Shown in pieces: positions 49,001 through 59,384 of a stretch of DNA of 64,000 nt. Location: assembly GCA_002269645.1 (NCBI GenBank), contig NIVC01000438.1, positions 225,379 to 289,378 on the forward strand, in the 5' to 3' direction. Source of the DNA: Macrostomum lignano. Its lineage: Eukaryota. The notes below the pieces were generated by a model. The model did not search any database and had not been told where the DNA came from. It saw only the letters and a list, made by a program, of their open reading frames with translations. A program made the position numbers and the translations under genes. Position 1 is the first letter of the stretch. Each line of letters starts with the position of its first letter.

Positions 49001-50392
49001 TGGGATTATCCTGATAGGATATTTTAGAGCTGGGATTATCCTGATGGGATATTTAAGAGCTGGGATTATCCTGATGGGATATTTTAGAGCTGGGATTATC
49101 TTGATGGGATATTTTAGAGCTGGGATTATCCTGATATATTGGGATATTTTAGAGCTGGGATTATCGGTGTGGTATATTTTGGAGTTGGGATTATCCTGAT
49201 GGGATATTTTCTAGCTGGGATTATCCTGATGGGATATTTTAAACAAATGTTCATTTACATGAAAATGAATTTGAATTTGAATGAATTTCAAATTGAAAAT
49301 GAAAATGAATTTGAATGAATGAATTTGAAAAAAATTATTTTCAGCCATTCACAATCCGAAGCGAATTCCAACTTGCTACTCATAGTAGCTCATCACGTCA
49401 GCCTGCCAGCTGCAGTTCTGCTATCCAGTTTGCCATCTCTGGCAGAAGCCTCCAAAACGATTCGCGCCCAACTTGTCGTCTGCCTGTTCGGCTGCGGAAT
49501 CGTCTCTACGAAGCCAACAAAAGCTGCAAGTAGTTTAGCCAGTGCCGTTTACAAAATTTTGGATAACACCAACGGTTCTGTAGGTGTTGTAGTCGCTTCA
49601 TCTGACAGTAGATTAGCTAGGAGAGCTGGTTTTACTAACGGCCTGCGTCGGGTCTGGTCGCCAGAATCGGCTCAGTGTCTGGCTCAAGCGACTGTCGATC
49701 AGGAGGACGAGAAAGAAGCGTCCTCCACGAGTTCTTCGTCGACGAAGCACTTGGTGCGACAGCACCTGAATCCGCCTGTGATGGAGGAAGACATTCGCGA
49801 AGTGTTAGTGAATCTTTTAGTTATATTGCGTCATTTTCTATCTGTATTCATATAAAGTTCTAGCCATATTTATTACTTTCTACTTATTGAGGAGTTTTGG
49901 TAGTATCATTAGGACATTTCGATTTAAATATAGTAATTTGCTAAAACAAACGAATTTTCAATAACATTTTTTTTCAGATGCCGCCATCTTGGCGGAGCAG
50001 TGCTGCTCTCGGCGGCAGCGGACAGCTCAACCCTGTCTGTGCTTCGTCTCTATCGCTGCTCAGATTTTTCGGATCTGCCCACAGCTGCCTGGCTTATAGA
50101 AAGCTCGGGTAACAGGCAGCAGACTCGGGTTGCTCTTGAGCACAGTGAGCTGTCTCTGCCAGCTTCAACAGCGCCACCAGAGATGTCCAGACTGCAGTAC
50201 GAGCCCAGCTCTGGACTGTACTATGACCCGGTCACAGGCCTGTACTATAGCTCATCTAGCAGGCTGTTTTACGACGCCAGTAACTGCCGCTATCTGTTCT
50301 GGGACGATTCTACCATGAGGTATTGGTCAACTAGCGACTCGGATAGGTATTCCAGGTGGCTGGCTGCCTGGGCCGCCGCTGAGACTGGTTGA
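46062..50392 (+). CDS. Uncharacterised protein with C-terminal OCRE domain; exons about 46062-46400, 47079-47486, 49345-49803, 49978-50392; start codon not located
   Basis: All junctions are phase 2 and in frame (GG|C, GA|C, GT|A) with GT-AG borders. The last exon has YEPSSGLYYDPVTGLYYSSSSRLFYDASNCRYLFWD, the aromatic octamer pattern of OCRE (RBM5/RBM10/AGGF1). Confidence 0.65.
46480..46980. repeat. 21-bp minisatellite (TTTGGGATCAGAATCCTCTGA), intronic
   Basis: Tandem units; many contain the ATCAGA-ATCC-TCTGAT mini-hairpin. Confidence 0.95.
47545..49240. repeat. 30-bp minisatellite (TGATGGGATATTTWAGAGCTGGGATTATCC) with 600-bp higher-order duplication, intronic
   Basis: About 56 units; the variant pattern at 47821-48300 recurs at 48421-48900. 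Confidence 0.97.
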
Positions 50393-50449
50393 CTGATACT
50401 GCATGTACATACTGCATAGTTAAATATCCTATTTGGGCGTTTTATACAG

Positions 50450-50950
50450 TAGGTTAAAATATCCTATTTTGTGATTTTAAGGGATGAAAAATCCCATTTT
50501 GGGTTTTAGGAGATGAAATATCCCATTTTAGGATTTTAGGGGTTGAATTATCCCATTTTGAGATTTTAGGGTTTCAATTATCCCATTTTAGGATTTTAAA
50601 GGTTGAATGATCCCATTTTAGGATTTTAGGGGATGAAATATCTCATTATGAGATTTTAGGGTTGAATTATCCCCTTTTGGAATTTTAGGAGTTGAAATAT
50701 CCCATTATGTGATTATAGGGGTTGAATTATCCCATTTTGAGCTTTTAGGGGTTGAATTATCCCATTTCTGGGTTTTACGGGTTGAAATATCCCATTTTTG
50801 GATTTTAGGGGTTGAAATATCCCATTTTAGGGCTTTACGGGTTAAAATATCCCACTTTGGGATTTTAGGGGATGAAATATCCCATTTTTTATTTTAGAGG
50901 TTGAAATATCCCATTTGGGATATTAGTAGATGAAATATTCCAATTTGTGA
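50450..50950. repeat. Degenerate 30-bp minisatellite (GGGTTGAAATATCCCATTTTGGGATTTTAG)
   Basis: Tandem degenerate units downstream of the OCRE gene. Confidence 0.9.
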
Positions 50951-51349
50951 TTTTAGTGGATAAAATATCACATTTTGGGATTTTATACGGATGAAATATA
51001 AGATAAAAACAGTAGAAGGGGATGTATTACATAAAACATCCAAATTAAGGGTTTTAAATTGGGTATAACGTGTCACAGATTGGATATTATATCAATGAAA
51101 AATTTTCTGGTAGCTACATGTATGCAGAATGTTGTTAAGTCAACCCATGTGTTTTTTCGTTTTGTTGTGCTTATAAGTTGTATAGTAAATATCAGAGTTG
51201 GAGAAATTCCTATTGAATTGTAATCTCTCCTGCCGCAGAACTTAACCTGTTTTTATTGCCAAAATATCAGCATCAATCACCCAGCCATTGGCATTTGTGT
51301 GCAAGTTAGATTTTAAATTTACATTTCTCACTTCTTTTTATTTTATTTT

Positions 51350-51388
51350 GTGTGTCTGTCTGTCTGTCTGTCTGTCTGTCTGAGTGCC

Positions 51389-51440
<52 letters not shown>

Positions 51441-51446
51441 AGTGCC

Positions 51447-51482
<36 letters not shown>

Positions 51483-51619
51483 AGTGCCTCTGTCTGTCTG
51501 TCTGTCTGTCTGTCTGTTTTAGTGCCTCTGTCTGTCTGTCTGTTTGAGTGCCTCTGTCTGTCCGTCTGTCTGTCTGTCTGTCTGTCTGTTTTAGTGCCTC
51601 TGGCTGTCTGTCTGTCCGT

Positions 51620-51650
<31 letters not shown>

Positions 51651-51720
51651 AGTGCCTCTGTCTGTCCGTCTGTCTGTCTGTCTGTCTGTTTGAGTGCCTC
51701 TGTCTGTCTGTTTGAGTGCC

Positions 51721-51792
<72 letters not shown>

Positions 51793-51798
51793 AGTGCC

Positions 51799-51863
<65 letters not shown>

Positions 51864-51910
51864 TTTAGTGCCTCTGTCTGTCTGTCTGTCTGTCTGCCTG
51901 TCTGTCTTGT
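51350..51910. repeat. (TCTG)n microsatellite punctuated by TTTGAGTGCC
   Basis: Directly visible. Confidence 0.97.
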
Positions 51911-52409
51911 GCTTCTCCGGAATAATAAATTTGAAGGCAGTTTGCAAAAGCAGCATAATATGATGAGTAGAAAAGCAGCATTTAATTATTTAATCACTGT
52001 GTAGTTTTAATCCCTAGTCCCTCCCTACTTATAGTACTAGACACCGGTTATTAACTTAAACAAACTGAGCGATGTATTTTTATAACAACTAAAAAACAAA
52101 TTCATCAACGCAAGAATCTCTGGTCCCTGAACAGACAATTGCTTAGTAAATAAATAAAGCAATAATATTTATATTTGCTTTCACGTTCCGGTACAAAAAA
52201 CTTTCAAAATTAAAAAACTGTAGGGAATAAGTTTCAGGTACAAATTTATATGGGCCCCGTATGCTGCTAAAAGTATTATATAAGAAAGTGAAAAGAAAAT
52301 AACAAAAAATGTGGTTAAGCGGCAGGACCAACTAATACACTTATCACATAGCACATAGGTACGCTTATCGCACATGAAATGGTCTTAACTAACTACTGCC
52401 AATACCTAG

Positions 52410-52800
52410 AGTGAACAAAGACTACTGCCATTGCCCATTAATGCAGTGTGAACAAAGACTACAGCCCTTTCTCATTGATGCGCAGGGAACAAAGACTACT
52501 GTCATTCCCATCATTAATGCAGTATGAACAAAGACTACAGCCATTTCTCATTGATGCGCAGGGAACAAAGACTACTGTCATTCCCCATCATTAATGCAGT
52601 GTGAACAAAGACTACAGCCATTTCTCATTGATGCGCAGGGAACAAAGACTACTGTCATTCCCCATCATTGATGCAGTGTGAACAAAGACGACTGCCATTG
52701 CCCATTAATGCAGTGTGAACAAAGACTACAGCCATTTCTCATTGATGCGCAGGGAACAAAGACTACTGTCATTCCCCAGTAATTCAGACTGAACAAAGAC
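52410..52800. repeat. Dimeric 37/39-40-bp tandem repeat with constant GAACAAAGACTAC core
   Basis: About 11 units alternating between two related monomer types. Confidence 0.9.
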
Positions 52801-52813
52801 CCTCATTTCACCG

Positions 52814-55023
52814 TCAATAAAAGCCGCCGACTCTCACTCTGCCGCTGCAGTCTTCGTACAGCAGTTTCTCCATCACCGCTTCTGCCCGCCCGTCGTCCCC
52901 CGTAGACGCCAGTCGGGCCGCCTCTGCAGCTGCCGCAGCGCGCGCCTCTCTCGACGCTTTTAGGCGGCGTCGGACGGCGCGACGTCGGGCTTCGAACGCC
53001 GACTGAGGCGACGGCGACGCCGGTGGAGGCGTCGGCGGGGGCGGCGGTGGCGTCGAACGCTGCGACGGAGTTGGCGATGGAGTCTGGAATGGGTTTGAGT
53101 GAGATTGAGAAGTAGACTGGGTAAGATTGAGAAGTAGACTGGGTGAGATTGAGAAGTAGACTGGGTAAGATTGAGAAGTAGACTAAGTGAGATTGAGAAG
53201 TAGACTGGGTAAGATTGAGAAGTAGACTGGGTAAGATTGAGAAGTAGACTAAGTGAGATTGAGAAGTAGACTGGGTAAGATTGAGAAGTAGACTGGGTGA
53301 GATTGAGAAGTAGACTGGGTGAGATTGAGAAGTAGACTGGGTGAGATTGAGAAGTAGACTGGGTGAGATTGAGAAGTAGACTGGGTAAGATTGAGAAGTA
53401 GACTAAGTGAGATTGAGAAGTAGACTGGGTAAGATTGAAAAGTATACTGGGTAAGATTGAGAAGTAGACTAAGTGAGATTGAGAAGTAGACTGGGTAAGA
53501 TTGAGAAGTAGACTGGGTGAGATTGAGAAGTAGACTGGGTAAGATTGAGAAGTAGAATAAGTGAGATTGAGAAGTAGACTGGGTAAGATTGAGAAGTAGA
53601 CTGGGTAAGATTGAGAAGTAGACTAAGTGAGATTGAGAAGTAGACTGGGTAAGATTGAGAAGTAGACTGGGTGAGATTGAGAAGTAGACTGGGTAAGATT
53701 GAGAAGTAGACTGGGTAAGATTGAGAAGTAGACTGGATGAGATTGAGAAGTATACTGGGTAAGATTGAGAAGTAGACTGGGTAAGATTGAGAAGTAGACT
53801 GGGTGAGATTGAGAAGTAGACTGGGTAAGATTGAGAAGTAGACTGGGTGAGATTGAGAAGTAGACTGGGTGAGATTGAGAAGTAGACTGGGTGAGATTGA
53901 GAAGTAGACTGGGTGAGATTGAGAAGTCGACGGTGAGATTGAGAATTAGACTGGATGAGATTGAGAAGTAGACTGGCTGAGATTGAGTAGACTGGGTGAG
54001 ATTGAGTAAACTGGGTAAGATTGAGAAGTAGACTGGGTAAGATTAAGAAGTAGACTGGGTGAGATTGAGAAGTAGACTGGGTGAGATTGAGAAGTCGACG
54101 GTGAGATTGAGAATTAGACTGGATGAGATTGAGAAGTAGACTGGGTGAGATTGAGAAGTCGACGGTGAGATTGAGAATTAGACTGGATGAGATTGAGAAG
54201 TAGACTGGGTGAGATTGAGTAGACTGGGTGAGATTGAGTAAACTGGGTAAGATTGAGAAGTAGACTGGGTAAGATTAAGAAGTAGACTGGGTGAGATTGA
54301 GAAGTAGACTGGGTGAGATTGAGAAGTCGACGGTGAGATTGAGAATTAGACTGGATGAGATTGAGAAGTAGACTGGGTGAGATTGAGTAGACTGGGTGAG
54401 ATTGAGTAAACTGGGTAAGATTGAGAAGTAGACTGGGTAAGATTAAGAAGTAGACTGGGTGAGATTGAGAAGTAGACTGGGTGAGATTGAGAAGTAGACT
54501 GGGTGAGATTGAGTAAACTGGGTGAGATTGAGAAGTAGACTGGATGAGATTGAGAAGTAGACTGGATGAGATGGAGAAGTAGACTGGATGAGATTGAGAA
54601 GTAGACTGGGTGAGGAGCAGATCGTGAGAGTTGGAGGGTTATTCAAGCGGAGTCCTCATCGGCACTTACGGGACACCCTCCGCCTTCAGCCTTCAGCCTC
54701 CTCTGCTGCTCCACCTCCTCAAACAGGCGCCTGCGGGTGTTGCACTCCGCAATGCGTTTCAGCCTGCCGTAGTTGTTCAACAGAAACGCCGTCCGCTCCT
54801 CGATGGCAGCCTCCCTGGCGGCCCGTTCCCGTTGCTTCTCCGCCCGGTTCATGTCGTCCAGAATGCCGCGCACCCGACCGACCATCAGGTCGACTGCGGC
54901 TTGACATTTTTCGGCCTCATCGACGCGAGGTCGAGACTGACTGAGCAGAACTCGGTAGGAGCGCGAGCGACGCCTGCTGGAGCTGCTGCTGATGTAGTTG
55001 ACCTGTGGCTGCTGGTCTGGCAT
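52814..55023 (-). CDS. Hypothetical two-exon protein (207 aa): coiled-coil N-half, Pro-rich linker, Arg/Ala-rich C-half; exons 55023-54670 and 53083-52814
   Basis: ATG at 55023, GTAAGT donor in phase 0, CAG acceptor, and an in-frame second exon (TPSPTPSQRSTPPPPP...EKLLYEDCSGRVRVGGFY*). GC-rich exon-like composition. Confidence 0.7.
53097..54612. repeat. 22-bp minisatellite (GAGATTGAGAAGTAGACTGGGT), fills the intron
   Basis: About 69 units. Confidence 0.97.
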
Positions 55024-55619
55024 GATAACGCGCAATGTTGTAGCAATTTAAAAGCTCAAGATTTACATGTAGCCTATAGTCTGGATCGAAATAAATGTTT
55101 AGTAACACAGAGTATCGAGCGCAGATATACTCATGTGCGTAGATGAAGGAAATGATTGCTCACTGTTGAACTATCTGTGGCCAAGGCTAATTCCCTCATG
55201 AATTTTTAATTCTGAAAGATAAGCCTGCATAGATATCGCTGAGGGGAGCCAATTATCTACTAACAGCATGAACTACACTTTTTTACTTGCGATTTTGAAA
55301 AATCTGCACTCAATATTGACATCTTTGCATTCAATTTTGAGTCTGTGGTATCGCTTGTTGAAATGTTCAACCTATTTTGACAAACTCAAATGCAATAATG
55401 ACGATTTTCAACCAAAAATGACAAACACCAATCTTTATTAACAATTTGCATTCACACAATTGTTAATCACACAATTTTGACACCGGGGTACAAAACAGTG
55501 CCTTTGCTTCGCTGTCTATGGAAAAAACTTGCATTTGTGCATCCATTTTTGACAGACTTAATCAAAATTGTGCACTTGAAAGCTGTGCACTTGATTGGCT
55601 ATGGCCGAGCGCAGTGTAA

Positions 55620-58160
55620 TGGTTGCTAATCTAGTAAATCACAGATCAATTGGAATAGAATGGATTGCTAATCTAGCCAATCACAAATCAATTGGAATAG
55701 AATGGATTGCTAATCTAGCCAATCACAGATCAATTAGAATAGAATGGATTGCTAATCTAGCAAATCACACACCAATTGGAATAGAATGGATTGCTAATCT
55801 AGCCAATCACACATCAATTGGAATAGAATGGATTGCTAATCTAGCCAATCACACATCAATTAGAATAGAATGGATTGCTAATCTAGCAAATCACACACCA
55901 ATTGGAATAGAATGGATTGCTAATCTAGCCAATCACACATCAATTGGAATAGAATGGATTGCTAATCTAGCCAATCACACATCAATTGGAATAGAATGGA
56001 TTGCTAATCTAGCCAATCACAGATCAATTGGAATAGAATGGATTGCTAATCTAGCCAATCACTGATCAATTGGAATAGAATGGATTGCTAATCTAGCCAA
56101 TCACAAATCAATTGGAATAGAATGCATTGCTAATCTAGCCAATCACAGATCAATTGGAATAGAATGGATTGCTAATCTAGCCAATCACTGATCAATTGGA
56201 ATAGAATGGATTGCTAATCTAGCCAATCACAAATCAATTGGAATAGAATGCATTGCTAATCTAGCCAATCACAAATCAATTGGAATAGAATGGATTGCTA
56301 ATCTAGCCAATCACAAATCAATTGGAATAGAATGGATTGCTAACTTAGCCAATCACAAATCAATTGGAATATAATGGATTGCTAATCTAGCCAATCACAA
56401 ATCAATTGGAATAGAATGGATTGCTAATCTAGCCAATCACAAATCAATTGGAATAGAATGCATTGCTAATCTAGCCAATCACAGATCAATTGGAATAGAA
56501 TGGATTGCTAATCTAGCCAATCACAAATCAATTGGAATAGAATGGATTGCTAACTTAGCCAATCACAAATCAATTAGAATAGAATGGATTGCTAATCTAG
56601 CCAATCACAAATCATTTGGAATAGAATGGATTGCTAATCTAGCCAATCACAGATCAATTGGAATAGAATGGATTGCTAATCTAGCCAATCACAGATCAAT
56701 TGTAATAGAATGGATTGCTAATCTAGCCAATCACAGATCAATCGGAATAGAATGGATTGCTAATCTAGCCAATCACAAATCAATTGGAATAGAATGGATT
56801 GCTAATCTAGCCAATCACACATCAATTGGAATAGAATGGATTGCTAATCTAGCCAATCACAAATCAATTGGAATAGAATGCATTGCTAATCTAGCCAATC
56901 ACAAATCAATTGGAATAGAATGGATTGCTAATCTAGCCAATCACAAATCAATTGGAATAGAATGGATTGCTAACTTAGCCAATCACAAATCAATTGGAAT
57001 ATAATGGATTGCTAATCTAGCCAATCACAAATCAATTGGAATAGAATGGATTGCTAATCTAGCCAATCACAAATCAATTGGAATAGAATGCATTGCTAAT
57101 CTAGCCAATCACAAATCAATTGGAATAGAATGGATTGCTAACTTAGCCAATCACAAATCAATTGGAATAGAATGGATTGCTAATCTAGCCAATCACAAAT
57201 CATTTGGAATAGAATGGATTGCTAATCTAGCCAATCACAGATCAATTGGAATAGAATGGATTGCTAATCTAGCCAATCACAGATCAATTGTAATAGAATG
57301 GATTGCTAATCTAGCCAATCACAGATCAATCGGAATAGAATGGATTGCTAATCTAGCCAATCACAAATCAATTGGAATAGAATGGATTGCTAATCTAGCC
57401 AATCACAAATCAATTGGAATAGAATGCATTGCTAATCTAGCCAATCACAAATCAATTGGAATAGAATGGATTGCTAATCTAGCCAATCACAAATCAATTG
57501 GAATATAATGGATTGCTAATCTAGCCAATCACACATCAATTGGAATAGAATGAATTGCTAATCTAGCCAATCACTGATCAATTGGAATAGAATGGATTGC
57601 TAATCTAGCCAATCACAAATCAATTGGAATAGAATGGATTGCTAATCTAGCCAATCACAGATCAATTGGAATAGAATGGATTGCTAATCTAGCCAATCAC
57701 AGATCAATTGGAATAGAATGGATTGCTAATCTAGCCAATCACAGATCAATTGGAATAGAATGGATTGCTAACCTAGCCAATCACAAATCAATTGGAATAG
57801 AATGGATTGCTAACCTAGCCAATCACAAATCAATTGGAATAGAATGGATTGCTAATCTAGCCAATCACAGATCAATTGGAATAGAATGGATTGCTAACCT
57901 AGCCAATCACAGATCAATTGGAATAGAATGGATTGCTAATCTAGCCAATCACAAATCAATTGGAATAGAATGGATTGCTAACCTAGCCAATCACAAATCA
58001 ATTGGAATAGAATGGATTGCTAACCTAGCCAATCACAAATCAATTGGAATAGAATGGATTGCTAACCTAGCCAATCACAAATCAATTGGAATAGAATGGA
58101 TTGCTAACCTAGCCAATCACAAATCAATTGAAATATAATGGATTGCTAATCTAGCCAATA
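55620..58160. repeat. 42-bp minisatellite (AATCTAGCCAATCACAAATCAATTGGAATAGAATGGATTGCT), about 60 copies, intergenic
   Basis: Tandem units, each containing AGCCAATCAC. Confidence 0.97.
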
Positions 58161-58659
58161 TTTAGTTAGCAACTAAACTGTTGCAAGGTGCACAAAGTGC
58201 TGGTAGAAGTAAATAGCAGTAATCATGTATTTCAAGTAATTATTAAAACAGAAACATGAAAATAGATATGTATATATACAATTGGAGAAGAGAGTCATCA
58301 GCTGACACAGACTCTAAAAGAAACTGCTAATTAGTTAATGCTGAATTGAAACCGAAAAGCACCAATATTTTTAATGAATTAAAACTTGCTTACTGTTTAA
58401 TAAGTAGGTTTTACAATTTTAATCCAAGACTTATGAAACGTTAAATAATGAATACATACTAACGATACTTGCTAACTGCAAGTAGTAACGTTGAGAAACT
58501 ACTAATGTAATGATGCAATATTACAATGCAGTATAAACATGGAAAGTGAATATTTGTAAACATTTACCGGCCTTCCCTCATTAAAAGCATAGGAAAGTTA
58601 TAAATATGCAATATGTTTAAAATGCTTTCACAAAATTGACCGACAGTGTAAATTATAAC

Positions 58660-59270
58660 ACTTCACACAGTTACAGCCACTTACAGCCAGATACAGTCAC
58701 TTACAGCCAGATACAGTCAATTACGGCCAGATACAGTCAATTACAGCAAGATACAGCCAATCACAGCCAAGATACAGTCACTTACGGCCAGATACAGACA
58801 ATTACAGCCAAGATAGTCAATTACAGCCAAGATACAGTCACTTACGACCAGATACAGACAATTACAGCCAAGATACAGTAAATTACAGCCAAGATACAGC
58901 CAATTACAGCCAAGATACAGTCACTTACAGCCAAGATACAGTCACTTACAGCCAAGATACAGTCACTTACAGCCAGGATACAGTCACTTACAGCCAAGAT
59001 ACAGTCACTTACAGCCAAGATACAGTCACTTACGGCCAGATACAGACAATTACAGCCAAGATACAGTAAATTACAGCCAAGATACAGCCAATTACAGCCA
59101 AGATACAGTCACTTACAGCCAAGATACAGTCACTTACAGCCAAGATACAGTCACTTACAGCCAAGATACAGTCACTTACAGCCAGGATACAGTCACTTAC
59201 AGCCAAGATACAGTCACTTACAGCCAAGATACAGTCACTTACAACAGCCAGAAACAATCGCTTACAGCCA
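58660..59270. repeat. 21-bp minisatellite (AGATACAGTCACTTACAGCCA) downstream of the Claspin stop
   Basis: Tandem units that degrade at both ends. Confidence 0.95.
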
Positions 59271-59384
59271 AGATACATACAATCATTAGAGACAGATAAT
59301 AAGTTACAGCCAAATACAGACAAAGGTGACAGTAAGCTACAGAAAAAAGACGGCAACTCAGCAGTCACTGCAGACAAGCCGAAG

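Noticed and set aside
47541-49199. 552-aa ORF (MGYFRAGIIL)n as a gene
   Set aside because: It translates a 30-bp minisatellite lying between phase-matched splice sites of the OCRE gene.
52410-52800. Constant core plus variable linker as a CRISPR-like array
   Set aside because: Linkers are two recurring, mutually related sequences, not unique spacers.
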